Below are positions 1 to 10,214 of a stretch of DNA of 64,000 nucleotides, one piece after another. The position numbers and the translations under genes are program-made. This stretch comes from Candidatus Poribacteria bacterium. GTDB taxonomy: Bacteria; Poribacteria; WGA-4E; WGA-3G. The stretch lies in assembly GCA_007571305.1 (NCBI GenBank), contig RKRR01000153.1, positions 35,441 through 99,440 on the forward strand. The letters are read 5' to 3'. Numbering within the stretch: position 1 is the first letter of the stretch; the number at the start of each line of letters is the position of its first letter. Below the pieces are notes generated by a model. The model was given only the letters and a program-made list of their open reading frames with translations. It made no database searches and was not told the DNA's origin.

Positions 1-585
1 GTTGCCGAGGGTGTGATCGGCGATATCTTTCGGATTCACGGTGTCTGTGGCGGAGGCGACCTGAAAGACAATGCCACGCACACCGTTGATCTGATGCGAT
101 ATGTCTATGGTGACTGTCCCGTCGCTTGGGTAATCGGTCAGATTGAACGCATCGACACACCTACCAAATACGACCTGCACTCCGAAGATTTTGCGATAGG
201 TTACTTCAAGTTTGAGGACAACGTTCGGGCGATCATCGAATCGGGGAGTGACACGGCCCCCGGCTATCACCATATCTATTGCTACGGAACAGAAGGCGAA
301 ATCGAACTCGCTGCCCCCGGTGGCCCCGCTATCCGTTACCGCACCTCAGAATCCGGTGGAGATTGGGTAACACCCGAACTCCCTTCAGAAAGCAATCCTG
401 TGCGAGACATGATTGCCACCATTGAAGAAGATAGGGAACATCGCTCCAGTGGTCATCAGGGATACGCGACTCACGAACTCCTCATGGCGATTTATGAATC
501 GTCTCGGAAACGACGACGGATTCATCTACCCCTTGAAGAGATGGAATCGCCCTTAACGTTAATGATTGAGGATGGATGGATATAA
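1..585 (+). CDS. Gfo/Idh/MocA-family oxidoreductase, C-terminal part (5' end lies outside the window)
   Basis: The ORF is open from the window edge. It encodes a C-terminal alpha/beta domain typical of Gfo/Idh/MocA dehydrogenases. There is no N-terminal Rossmann part in the window. Confidence 0.65.
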   Translation, partial: VAEGVIGDIFRIHGVCGGGDLKDNATHTVDLMRYVYGDCPVAWVIGQIERIDTPTKYDLHSEDFAIGYFKFEDNVRAIIESGSDTAPGYHHIYCYGTEGEIELAAPGGPAIRYRTSESGGDWVTPELPSESNPVRDMIATIEEDREHRSSGHQGYATHELLMAIYESSRKRRRIHLPLEEMESPLTLMIEDGWI

Positions 586-735
586 CCTCCACAATACGAT
601 CGCCATGGCACTGGCAAAACTCCGCGTTGACGGTTTTGTGTCACTCAAGGGTTGCCTCTACAGATTTTTACGGATCCATGTGGAAAATACGGGTGAACGA
701 AAAAGACCTGTTTCGCCATAAGGAATAACAAAATC

Positions 736-2259
736 ATGCACATAGCCATTGAAAAGACCGAAGCACTCATCCACTCCGCACGCGTATTGGATAGAATGTA
801 TACGGACGACCCATATCGACCTCGTTATCACTTCACGCCGCCGTTCGGTTGGATGAACGATATCAACGGTTCCATCTTTTGGAAGGGACGATACCATATC
901 TTCTATCAACACAATCCCGAAGGCGGTTATTGGAAATGGATGCAATGGGGACACGCATCGAGTGTGGATCTCGTGCATTGGGTGCATCATCCAATCGTTT
1001 TAACGCCCGATCTTGACGGACCTGACCGGAACGGATGCTTTAGTGGCGGTGCACTTGTGAGTCGAGAGGGTGTACCGACGTTCATCTATCATGGAGTTCC
1101 AGATGGAACATGTATCGCAACAAGCGATGATGATTTGCTCATCATGTGGGACAAGCATCCAGCCAACCCAGTGATTCCAGTCCCTGCCCCCGGTGAGAAA
1201 GGACACGGTGAATATATTGTGTATGATCCCTGTGCCTGGTTGGAAGGCGATACATATTATGCACTCATCGGAAACACGATACCGGGACAGATTGGGGACG
1301 GGACTGGGCTGTTTAAGTCGTCTGACCTTGTGGCATGGAAATTTGTGCGCTCCTTTTATCAATCGCGGCGCGAGTGGACAGACGCTGAAGAGGACTGCGC
1401 GGTTCCCGATTTTTATCCGTTGGGCGATAAGCACATGCTACTGTTTTGTAGCCATTGGCAAGGTACGCAGTATTACCTCGGCAGATTTGAAAACGAACGG
1501 TATTATGTCGAAAGTTATGGACGGATGAGTTGGGAAGGTGGTCTCCTTGGTGGGCCTCGCTCGCTGTTAGATGCTCAAGGACGCCGTATCTTTTTCGATT
1601 GGATCCGGGAAATTCGCGGCACCGAACAGGAACGTGCCGCCGGTTGGTCAGGAGTTATGACCCTACCGCGTACCCTTTCCCTCGCAAGTGATGGTAGTTT
1701 GAAAATTGAGCCTGTGCCGGAACTGGAATGCCTACGGATGAACCCGAAGGTGCGTGAAAATATAACACTGAATGCTGACGAGGAGATGAACTTAGAAGAA
1801 ATTCAGGGGAACTGCCTTGAATTAGATGTCGAAATTGATCCCAACGATGCAGGCGAGGTAGGCGTTCAATTGCTCTGCTCGCCCGACCAAGCCGAACAAA
1901 CAGAGGTTCTGTATGTTCCGGCAGAGAGAACGTTGAAAATTGAGGTCAGTCGTTCCACTTTAAACGAAGCCATTCGGTACCCACACTACCGGGACCCGGG
2001 CGGCACTGCGAAGTTACCAGAATCAGAACAGTTTGTCGATGCACAATGCGCACCTTTCGCCCTGAAGGATAAAGAGACGCTCCAACTCCGTATCTATGTT
2101 GATAAGTCTGTAGTTGAAGTGTTCGCGAACGGTAGGCAGTGTATTACACAGCGGGTCTATCCGACGCGCCCTGATAGTACCGATGTTCGGTTGGTGAGCC
2201 GTGGTGGGCAAGCACATTTCCAATCCGTTCAAGCATGGGAGATGGCACCTGCCCTTTGA
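736..2259 (+). CDS. glycoside hydrolase family 32 (beta-fructofuranosidase/levanase-like)
   Basis: The GH32 N-terminal catalytic motif WMNDINGSIFWKGRYHIFYQHNP is present, with a WGH-containing strand. The 507-aa length fits a beta-propeller plus beta-sandwich fold. An AAGGA ribosome-binding site lies upstream of the ATG. Confidence 0.8.
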   Translation: MHIAIEKTEALIHSARVLDRMYTDDPYRPRYHFTPPFGWMNDINGSIFWKGRYHIFYQHNPEGGYWKWMQWGHASSVDLVHWVHHPIVLTPDLDGPDRNGCFSGGALVSREGVPTFIYHGVPDGTCIATSDDDLLIMWDKHPANPVIPVPAPGEKGHGEYIVYDPCAWLEGDTYYALIGNTIPGQIGDGTGLFKSSDLVAWKFVRSFYQSRREWTDAEEDCAVPDFYPLGDKHMLLFCSHWQGTQYYLGRFENERYYVESYGRMSWEGGLLGGPRSLLDAQGRRIFFDWIREIRGTEQERAAGWSGVMTLPRTLSLASDGSLKIEPVPELECLRMNPKVRENITLNADEEMNLEEIQGNCLELDVEIDPNDAGEVGVQLLCSPDQAEQTEVLYVPAERTLKIEVSRSTLNEAIRYPHYRDPGGTAKLPESEQFVDAQCAPFALKDKETLQLRIYVDKSVVEVFANGRQCITQRVYPTRPDSTDVRLVSRGGQAHFQSVQAWEMAPAL

Positions 2260-2504
2260 TGATGGATAGTTCTGGCACTCCAGCGGAGTGCTATATCTGC
2301 CGAAAACGATTGTCGCGTCAGAAATGTTAACACATCCGCATTTTGAGAGAAGGTTGACTCTTACATAGAAATAGCATATACTCTTCCTATGGTTTCTACC
2401 AGTCGCCAGTCAGGAAACTGAAATAGAGCTAGTCGAAAGCCGATTGATGCAGGCCTCTCTGGGGAACCTGCGGGGCAATGCTGATAGCCATGGAGGTGAA
2501 CATC

Positions 2505-3314
2505 ATGGCTTATGAGATTCCGAAAACAGTCTTAGGTCGCACAGGATTGAAAGTTACCCGGCTCGGTATCGGTGGCGCGTATTGCGAATCCGCTGACGGT
2601 TACCGCAAGGCTATTGATGCCGGTGTCAATTATATGGATACGGCGCGCGCATACAGAGATGGTGAAGACGAAAAAGTTATCGGAGCCGCCATAAAAGGGC
2701 AACGCGATCGATTGATTCTCGCGACAAAAACTAATAAACGTGATGCAAAAGGCGCGCGGACAGAACTTGAAACGTCTCTACGGATGTTGAATGTCCATCA
2801 CATTGACATCTACCAATTACATCACCTGAACACGCAAGAGGAGCGCGACCGAGCCCTGGCACCGGGTGGCGCACTGGAGATGGCTCAGGAGGCGCGAGAT
2901 GAAGGACTTATCCGCTTCATCGGTGTTACTGGACACGATTGGCACCAGATCCAACACGCCGTTGACACGGGATTTTTCGACACTGTCCTCTGTTGGTACA
3001 ATTGTGCGATGAAGACACCGGAGGATACAGTTTTTCCTGCTGCCGACAAACACAATACGGGTGTCGTCATTATGAATGCCTCGCGGAATGACAGACTTTT
3101 TGGGAACTCAGAGGCACCATCTCCAGAACAATTCTATCGCTATGTGCTTAGTCACAAGAGTGTGAACCTCACAATTATGGGGTTGAGAGACGTTGGGCGA
3201 TTCCATCGGGTTGCAGAAGCACTCTCCGAACAAGAGACCTTAGCATCGGACGCGCGAATAGATATGGAAAAATACGGCGCACAACGGCTCGAAGAAGGCG
3301 CACTGACACCTTAA
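2505..3314 (+). CDS. aldo/keto reductase family oxidoreductase
   Basis: The sequence has the aldo/keto reductase TIM-barrel signature (LGRTGLKVTRLGIGG, IDTARAYRDGEDE). The ATG at 2505 is preceded by GGAGGTG, so the start is placed there rather than at 2478. Confidence 0.8.
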   Translation: MAYEIPKTVLGRTGLKVTRLGIGGAYCESADGYRKAIDAGVNYMDTARAYRDGEDEKVIGAAIKGQRDRLILATKTNKRDAKGARTELETSLRMLNVHHIDIYQLHHLNTQEERDRALAPGGALEMAQEARDEGLIRFIGVTGHDWHQIQHAVDTGFFDTVLCWYNCAMKTPEDTVFPAADKHNTGVVIMNASRNDRLFGNSEAPSPEQFYRYVLSHKSVNLTIMGLRDVGRFHRVAEALSEQETLASDARIDMEKYGAQRLEEGALTP

Positions 3315-3370
3315 CGCCGATACTGAAATGCGTGAACGAGACAACTTGGTAACAACGGATAGGGTTTTTA

Positions 3371-4645
3371 ATGGATAAGAGCACACCTGATCAAATGGAT
3401 GCCAGTTCGGAAGAAGCCTATCCGTCTGAAAAACGCAATTTAGTTGTATTCGCTCTGAACCAGATTCTGATGCGTCTCGGTTGGATGTTCAAAGCCGAGT
3501 CTGTAGTTATTCCTGCGTTTATTGATATTTATACCTCGTCAGGAACCATCCGCGGGTTACTGCCGCTTATTCTAAGGATCGGGCAAAGCCTGCCTCAGTT
3601 TCTCGTCGCGCAACGTGTTGCGCGGATGCCCAAAAAACAAAGGTTCTTTATACTCACAGGGTTCGGATTTACTGTTCCGTGGTGTGTATTGTCCCTGATA
3701 TTAGGGCTTACAAACTGGTCAGCGAATGTAATCGTTGCTATTTTCCTTCTCCTGTGTACCGTGCACTGGCTCATGGTTGGGTGCAATCATCTGGCTAACG
3801 GAACGCTACAAGGAAAACTCATCAGTCCCGAGAAACGGGGCAGACTCCTCGCCTATTCCAATGTCATCGGTTGTTCACTGTCGATCGCGCTTGCCATTTA
3901 CCTCATGCCGCGCTGGCTTGCTGAGAGTGCCCCGCGCTATGCGGTGATCTTTGGTGTAACGGCTGGTGCCTTCGGTATCGCCGCTTTTATCAGTTTTGGG
4001 TTTAAGGAACTCCCTTCACGGCCAGAAGGCACGGCACCTTTTTTCAAATTTCTCGGTGATGCCCTCCTCTTGTTGAGACATGATAGAAATTTTCGGCGAT
4101 TTGCAATCGTTATTCTACTGTTTTACTCTATCTGGCCCCTTTTTCCACACTATGCGGTTTTCGGGAAGCGGACATTAGGACTCGCCTCTTCCGGTTTCGT
4201 CACGTTAATAGTTGCACAAAATGCCTCCAACGCTGTCGGTGCCGGTGTCATGGGCAACATCGCAGACCGATCGGGGAACCGATCCGTGCTACGACTTCTG
4301 ATATTGATAAGTGCTTTTACGCCATTATTGGCGGTCGGCATTAGTCGTATGCCTTCCGGGGCACAACTTTACTGGATTATCTTTGCCCTTATCGGGTTTA
4401 CACCCGTGTCCGCCCGTATCGTCACGAACTATACGCTTGAGATCGCACCACAGGAGAAACACCCTCAATATCTCGGCGTGATGAGCCTTTTTCAAGCAAT
4501 CCCTCTGTTTGTTTCACCTTTGATTGGAGCATTGATTGAGCAATTCGCCTTTGAACCTGTTTTCTTCGCCTGTTCTGCCCTCGTTGTGTTAGGGTTTTTG
4601 CTAACCTTCCGATTGGTTGAACCTCGTTTTAACCAGAGCTCTTGA
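3371..4645 (+). CDS. MFS transporter
   Basis: About 12 hydrophobic helices over 424 aa. An MFS-like loop motif sits between the second and third transmembrane helices. Confidence 0.75.
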   Translation: MDKSTPDQMDASSEEAYPSEKRNLVVFALNQILMRLGWMFKAESVVIPAFIDIYTSSGTIRGLLPLILRIGQSLPQFLVAQRVARMPKKQRFFILTGFGFTVPWCVLSLILGLTNWSANVIVAIFLLLCTVHWLMVGCNHLANGTLQGKLISPEKRGRLLAYSNVIGCSLSIALAIYLMPRWLAESAPRYAVIFGVTAGAFGIAAFISFGFKELPSRPEGTAPFFKFLGDALLLLRHDRNFRRFAIVILLFYSIWPLFPHYAVFGKRTLGLASSGFVTLIVAQNASNAVGAGVMGNIADRSGNRSVLRLLILISAFTPLLAVGISRMPSGAQLYWIIFALIGFTPVSARIVTNYTLEIAPQEKHPQYLGVMSLFQAIPLFVSPLIGALIEQFAFEPVFFACSALVVLGFLLTFRLVEPRFNQSS

Positions 4646-4672
4646 AAATCGGTATTCTGGAGGAACACCACC

Positions 4673-5812
4673 ATGGCAGAGGAAATGTCGTGTCCATTTT
4701 GTCAGACACAGGTTGAATACGCTATCGAAAATTCTCCTGAGTGGTACCGAGATCCCTCCCTACCGGTCTACCGAATCGATTGTCATGATAAATGTAGACG
4801 GTATTGGCTTGAAGCAGTCTCTGAGCCACACCTGCAGGTCGATCCCAGTATCCTCGATTTCCTTGATTCACTCGACGATGAACAACGCACATTTATATCT
4901 GAGTCAACACAATATGCGTGCGACAACGGCATTCTGATAGTTTATAACAGGCAGATTTTACAATACCTCGTCACCGATTGGCACTATGCAAAAGCCGCTG
5001 TTGTGTCGTCCGGATTGAATAACGTTTCATTCCGAATCAGTGGTGCTGGATTTGATACTGCGAATATGTTGTTTTTCTTAGATGATGGGGACGCTCGATT
5101 CACAATGAGACTCTACCGTGCTGGAACTTCTGTCCGTGAAATTCGCTCTGAAGTCTATTGGTTACAAGCACTTTGGAAAATGGGAGGTATCAAAACCCTC
5201 TCGCCTGTGCCTGGACGTGATGGTGAAATGATTCAATGTGTCTCTCCAAACGATCTACCTTCGCGCTATGCGACTGTATACGATTGGATTCCCGGTGAAA
5301 CGCTCAATGCACTCTCTGCCGTAGAAAAAACACCGGCACTCATTCGGAGTCTTGGGACCTTGGTGGGTCGCATGCACGCTGTGTCCGAGACGTTGGAGTT
5401 GCCACACTGGTTCACCCGTCCTCGGTACGACATAGATTGGGTTACCTCGAAAGTTGAAAAAACATTTCGAAATGATTACAGGGACGCTTCACCAGAGGAG
5501 CGCACAAAACTTTCCGAGTTTTGTTCGAGCTTCTCACGTTTTGTCGCAGAGCAGGGGGAAGGACGGGATGTTTTTGGATTAATTCACTCGGATCTGGAAC
5601 CCCATAATATCATTATCTCTGATGGACAGCCCTACCCAATTGATGTGCGCGAATTTGGGTTCGGTTATTATCTCTCAGATATTCTGACGATTTCACGCCA
5701 TTTTCATGAAGATGAAAAGACAGTTTTCTTTGAGGGTTATCAAGAAATCCGTTCACTTCCGACAGATTACCCTCAACAGTTAACTCTATTTGAAGAGTTG
5801 CGCGGGCTGTAA
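4673..5812 (+). CDS. aminoglycoside/choline-kinase-like phosphotransferase (APH fold) with an N-terminal zinc-ribbon
   Basis: The Brenner motif HSDLEPHNIIIS and a downstream D(V)xEFGFG segment are typical of APH/ChoK kinases. The N-terminus carries CPFC...C..C cysteine pairs. Confidence 0.6.
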   Translation: MAEEMSCPFCQTQVEYAIENSPEWYRDPSLPVYRIDCHDKCRRYWLEAVSEPHLQVDPSILDFLDSLDDEQRTFISESTQYACDNGILIVYNRQILQYLVTDWHYAKAAVVSSGLNNVSFRISGAGFDTANMLFFLDDGDARFTMRLYRAGTSVREIRSEVYWLQALWKMGGIKTLSPVPGRDGEMIQCVSPNDLPSRYATVYDWIPGETLNALSAVEKTPALIRSLGTLVGRMHAVSETLELPHWFTRPRYDIDWVTSKVEKTFRNDYRDASPEERTKLSEFCSSFSRFVAEQGEGRDVFGLIHSDLEPHNIIISDGQPYPIDVREFGFGYYLSDILTISRHFHEDEKTVFFEGYQEIRSLPTDYPQQLTLFEELRGL

Positions 5813-6065
5813 CCCAACGCGTAAACGGAAAATATCCATTATGATTGATCTGTATCACCATCACACGAAGAGTTTCAACTCAGGAAAGCGAGCCTATACG
5901 CCTATGGGTTCGTTTATAGTAAAATCCGAAAATAAATTCACACGTGTAGCATAGCCTGTTAGGCTGTGCCAGTCAGAACAGATAACTTCAGAGTTCATAC
6001 GAGGCTATAAATGTCCACGTAATTACTGAATCTACTATAAAGACTATCCATCCGAAGGAGAAAAA

Positions 6066-6488
6066 ATGAAACATATCTATCGCAGAGAGGATGCCGAGGT
6101 TGTCCGTATTGAAGGCGAGGCACCGCGGACACTGTACACACTCATCCAACCAAACACCGCGAATACCGAACATTTTGCAATGGGGTTAGAGGAGATTGAC
6201 CCGCACAGCGAGATCCCTATCCACTCCCATAGCGAATCCGAAGAAATTATTTTTGTCTATGGTGGACAAGGGAAAGCGTTTGTCGGTGATGAAGTTGCTG
6301 ATCTGAAACCCGGTACAGTCATCTATCTCCCACCGAATGTTGAACACCGTTTCGTCAACACAGGCGATGAACCGCTCTGGATTACATGGACGCTCTCGCC
6401 GCCCGGTTTTGAGAAGCAGATTCGAAGGATCGCAGACGGTTCCGCTGGAATGGAGGTTTTTAGCCAGAAAATTGACGAAGGTTTATAA
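6066..6488 (+). CDS. cupin domain protein
   Basis: Cupin motifs HSHSESEEIIFVYGGQG and PPNVEHRFVN are present. A GGAG ribosome-binding site lies upstream. Confidence 0.75.
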   Translation: MKHIYRREDAEVVRIEGEAPRTLYTLIQPNTANTEHFAMGLEEIDPHSEIPIHSHSESEEIIFVYGGQGKAFVGDEVADLKPGTVIYLPPNVEHRFVNTGDEPLWITWTLSPPGFEKQIRRIADGSAGMEVFSQKIDEGL

Positions 6489-7199
6489 ATGAATTCTAAA
6501 GAGTACATTGCGGTTGCATCTTCAGAACACTTTGTCTATAAAGCAGAAACAAACCGCCCATGGAGACCTGAGACGATACTTGAATTATTGGAACAAGCAC
6601 ATCAAGAGTTTGAGAAACTTATGGGACCGGGTTTGGATACTGTTATTGAAGTCGAAGATCGGATGTGTGAATCTAATAACGTAGGTGCGCGAGCCGAGAT
6701 ACGCAAACAAATACATTTCCAGCAAACTTCTATCATAGAGGTCAAATTTATTTGTGAATTTCCGCAGAACTACGGTTATACCGAACAAGAACGGGAACTT
6801 GCATACCACTTTTTTGTTCATGAGCTTTTTCATTGCTGGGTTGGGGGGAATGTATCGAGCAGTGATGGGCTGATCATTGAAGCAATTACCCAGTACATGA
6901 CAGATTTGATGATCGGACGTTTGGGATGGTGTAACGCAGACTTCTTGATTCAAGGACGAGCGAATTGGCAGGAGATCGTAAAGACCGCAAACCTACCACA
7001 CAAGCTTATTGCTGAATACAAACTTCGTTTTCACAAGATGTACACCAACGATCCAGATAGACTATTTGATTTCTGTAGAGATTTAGCCACTTGTTTCCGT
7101 CAGCAACGAAGTCGAGAAAAAACGGATATATCTCCTGTTTTGCAGCAATACTTGGGAACAGTGTTGAAAGAAGATCAGGAAAACAACACTGAAGAATAG
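6489..7199 (+). CDS. hypothetical protein with HExxH(+E) motif, possible zinc metallopeptidase
   Basis: FVHELFHCW is followed by a Glu 16 residues later, which is gluzincin-like spacing. The start abuts the cupin gene stop, suggesting translational coupling. Confidence 0.4.
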   Translation: MNSKEYIAVASSEHFVYKAETNRPWRPETILELLEQAHQEFEKLMGPGLDTVIEVEDRMCESNNVGARAEIRKQIHFQQTSIIEVKFICEFPQNYGYTEQERELAYHFFVHELFHCWVGGNVSSSDGLIIEAITQYMTDLMIGRLGWCNADFLIQGRANWQEIVKTANLPHKLIAEYKLRFHKMYTNDPDRLFDFCRDLATCFRQQRSREKTDISPVLQQYLGTVLKEDQENNTEE

Positions 7200-7344
7200 G
7201 TTAGGTTTCATTAAATTCATATCAGGATATTTGTTGCTCAACTAATACTTCTTAGGCACTACTACAAGATAGATAGATTGTGCGAGGATTTTGATCTCGG
7301 AATAGGTCAAAATCAATTTCCCCGCACTACCATATAATTCGCCT

Positions 7345-9018
7345 TTACGAAGGCATCCACGTCCGCGGCGCAATCCCTTCCACATGCGTCTTCACATCCA
7401 CGACCGCCGGTCGTCCCGAATCGAGTGCCTGATCCAGTGCACCTGCGAGTTCACTCGGTTTGTTGACTGTAATTCCAAGACATCCCATAGATTCTGCCAT
7501 CTTGGCGAAGTCTGCATCTGGGAACAGCCACAATTCATCGGAACCTGCTGTCCGTCCACCATAGACGGACTCAACGCCACCCTGTTCTTGGTTCAATGAG
7601 TGATTATTGTTCACAACAATGACAGCGTTAATCTCAGACTTCATTGCTGTGTCTAGTTCAGTCATGTGATACCAGATACCACCATCGCCTGTGAAACAGA
7701 TAACCGGCCTATCGGGTTGCGCGCACTTCGCCCCCATCGCCGCGGGGAGTCCCCATCCCAACGAACCTGAACAACGGATGAAACTCTGATCGGGGTGTTT
7801 AAAATCGATCATCGTCCCGGTCCAGATGCCTGAATGCCCTGTGTCGGATACAAGGATAGAATCTGATGGGAGATAGTCTGTCAGTTCACGACACAGCCGT
7901 TCTGGTAGCATCGGTAACCTTTCGGAGTTCACTTTCTCGCTGACATCGTCTTTCCAGTTTTTCACTAACTCTTGGACGCGGCTCACCCATTTAGTCCGCG
8001 GCTCGGCGGTATCTGACGCTTCAAGCATACGGCGGAGTGTGTTCCGGACATCTCCCTGCATCCCTAACTGAATCGGATAATTCCGTCCCAGTTCATCTGG
8101 GTTAATATCGAGTTGTATGATCGGTGTGCCTTGTGATGGAATCTTGTATCCGTTGGTTACTTGTCCCCCGGTATGGCTTCCAATAAAGAATACAAGGTCA
8201 GCTTCGTACACTGCTTGGTTGGCGCACGCCCGCGAGTATGAACCGGGAGTCCCGACTGCCAGTGGATGGTCACTGGGGAACATTGCCTTGGCGTTCAGAG
8301 AAGTTGCCACTGGAATAGAGAGTGTCTCTGCCAACTCGACAAGTTCTGCTCGCGCGTCTGAAGCGGTTACGCCACCGCCTGCCACAATGATGGGTCGTTC
8401 CGCATCGGAGAGGAGTCTGAGGGCTTCCGTTACCTTTTCTGCTTCTGCTTCTGGTCGGAAAGGTGGCAATTGGGTGAACGCCTCTTCAATGATTATCTCA
8501 AGTACCCCTTCCCGATCGATAACCGACGATCCCGCGATGCCTTCAAAATCGAGATGCGCAGGGCCCGGTGTTCCTGTTGTCGCTGCACGGAAGGCTTGAC
8601 GTATATAGAAGGGCAGTTGTTCGGGGGTCGCCACGTATGCACTATACTTCGTAACAGCAGAAAACGGATTGATGTGATCTACCTCTTGGTAGGCATGCCG
8701 TTGTTGATTGATTTGGTTTTCCTTGCCGGTAATTGCAATCACCGGTGAACAAGCGAGATAGGCATCTTGTAGCCCCGCGGCGAGGTTCACGGCTCCGACG
8801 GATTGCGCCATGCAGAGACTGGGAGCACGATTCACACGGGCGTAAGCGTCAGCCATATACGCTGCGGCTTTCTCACCGTGCGTCTGGACCCGCTTAATCC
8901 CGAGATTTTCCATCTCCATTAAAGCCCGTGGTCCGATATAGGGCATAAAAAAAACATGAGTAATTCCATATCCATGTACGGTATCAGCAATAAATTTCGC
9001 ACCTGTCATTTTCGGCAT
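7345..9018 (-). CDS. thiamine-pyrophosphate-dependent enzyme (acetolactate synthase-like family)
   Basis: The three-domain TPP enzyme architecture is present. A GDG(x)24-27NN TPP-binding motif (GDGGIWYHMTELDTAMKSEINAVIVVNNN) is seen. Confidence 0.8.
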   Translation of the reverse strand: MPKMTGAKFIADTVHGYGITHVFFMPYIGPRALMEMENLGIKRVQTHGEKAAAYMADAYARVNRAPSLCMAQSVGAVNLAAGLQDAYLACSPVIAITGKENQINQQRHAYQEVDHINPFSAVTKYSAYVATPEQLPFYIRQAFRAATTGTPGPAHLDFEGIAGSSVIDREGVLEIIIEEAFTQLPPFRPEAEAEKVTEALRLLSDAERPIIVAGGGVTASDARAELVELAETLSIPVATSLNAKAMFPSDHPLAVGTPGSYSRACANQAVYEADLVFFIGSHTGGQVTNGYKIPSQGTPIIQLDINPDELGRNYPIQLGMQGDVRNTLRRMLEASDTAEPRTKWVSRVQELVKNWKDDVSEKVNSERLPMLPERLCRELTDYLPSDSILVSDTGHSGIWTGTMIDFKHPDQSFIRCSGSLGWGLPAAMGAKCAQPDRPVICFTGDGGIWYHMTELDTAMKSEINAVIVVNNNHSLNQEQGGVESVYGGRTAGSDELWLFPDADFAKMAESMGCLGITVNKPSELAGALDQALDSGRPAVVDVKTHVEGIAPRTWMPS

Positions 9019-9290
9019 AGTTCTTTTTTCTCCCTTTTCGCATAGTTTGCAAGCGAAAACTTGCCATGAGAAGTCGGCATGGTTTGCAACACGATGTGAG
9101 ATGCATTTTACCAGTTTTCGGTGTAGTGTGCAAGCGTGAACTTGGCATTGGAATAAATTTGGTAAGAAATTATCAGAGGTGCTATAATTGTCTTACTGCT
9201 TTTGAAGCCCTGCTTTGGAAGTCTCGAAACTATACCAAAAACCTCCCATAGATGCGGAAATATACTCGATTTCGCAAAGAGGAAAGCACT

Positions 9291-10136
9291 ATGAAACGGC
9301 TAAACTATCTCCTTTTATTCACGTTAACGATTGCTATATTCTCCCACGCTGGACACACAGAACCGGTAGTGACAGATGGACTCGTGAGTTATTGGACGTT
9401 TGACCGACAGGACATTATAGGAGACACAGTCAAAGATGTCTGGGGTGAAAATGATGGGAAAATCGTCGGTGCTCCGAAGATCGTCGGTGGACAGGTCGGG
9501 GAAGCTCTTGAATTTGATGGTTCGGACGATTATGTCAACTTGACAAACCTCGGTAATTTTGGGGAGCAGATCGGGGCATCTACCTTCGAGGCCTGGGTTA
9601 AAACCGATTTCAAAAAGGATTGGACCACCCTTTTCAAAGTGCTCGATCAGGGGTGTAATATGGCGTGGGCAATCGATGTCAACCGGAGTGCGAAAGCAGG
9701 TTTCCCGCTTGCTGAGGATATCGTCCACTACTACGTCCGTCAGAAATCGCCTGCGGGATGCAACGCTATCGCTGTTGAGATTGAGTTCGCCTTGTCGGAT
9801 GGCAAATGGCACCATATCGTCTTCGCAATTGTAGATGCCGGCGAGTCCGAGGTCAGTATCTATATGGATGGTGAACCACAAGAGGTTATCGAAGGTGCTG
9901 TAAAAAATCTCGACACCTTTATTCCGTTTGTAGAGCCGGTTTATATTGGCGCAGCGAACAATAGAGGCAACGTTGAGCGGTTTTTTCCGGGTGTCATTGA
10001 TGAAGTCCGCATTTACGATCGACCCCTCACCGCAGACGAAGTAACCCGAAATTTTGAATCGAAAATCGGATTGTCCGTTCAAGCCGACGAGAGACTGCCT
10101 ATTGTTTGGGCAACTCTCAAGACGCTCTTAAGATGA
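9291..10136 (+). CDS. secreted LamG/concanavalin-A-like lectin domain protein
   Basis: A signal peptide (MKRLNYLLLFTLTIAIFSHA) is followed by a LamG-type jelly-roll signature (FEAWVKTDF...DGKWHHIVFA...DEVRIYDRPL). The start is the ATG at 9291, with a ribosome-binding site upstream. Confidence 0.6.
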   Translation: MKRLNYLLLFTLTIAIFSHAGHTEPVVTDGLVSYWTFDRQDIIGDTVKDVWGENDGKIVGAPKIVGGQVGEALEFDGSDDYVNLTNLGNFGEQIGASTFEAWVKTDFKKDWTTLFKVLDQGCNMAWAIDVNRSAKAGFPLAEDIVHYYVRQKSPAGCNAIAVEIEFALSDGKWHHIVFAIVDAGESEVSIYMDGEPQEVIEGAVKNLDTFIPFVEPVYIGAANNRGNVERFFPGVIDEVRIYDRPLTADEVTRNFESKIGLSVQADERLPIVWATLKTLLR

Positions 10137-10214
10137 TGGATAAAACATCTTTAGAACGCCGAAATCTATTAGAGTTCAGATGCACGTGGTTTCTCCGCAA
10201 GGTAAAAAATTAAA

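Noticed and set aside
8117-8748. Plus-strand ORFs of 160 aa and 92 aa inside the TPP enzyme gene
   Set aside because: They are antisense to a well-supported 557-aa CDS, have low-complexity Ala/Ser/Arg-rich translations, and lack a ribosome-binding site.
9324-10082. A 252-aa minus-strand ORF overlapping the LamG gene
   Set aside because: It lies entirely antisense to a gene that has a signal peptide and a domain signature. It has no recognisable motifs.
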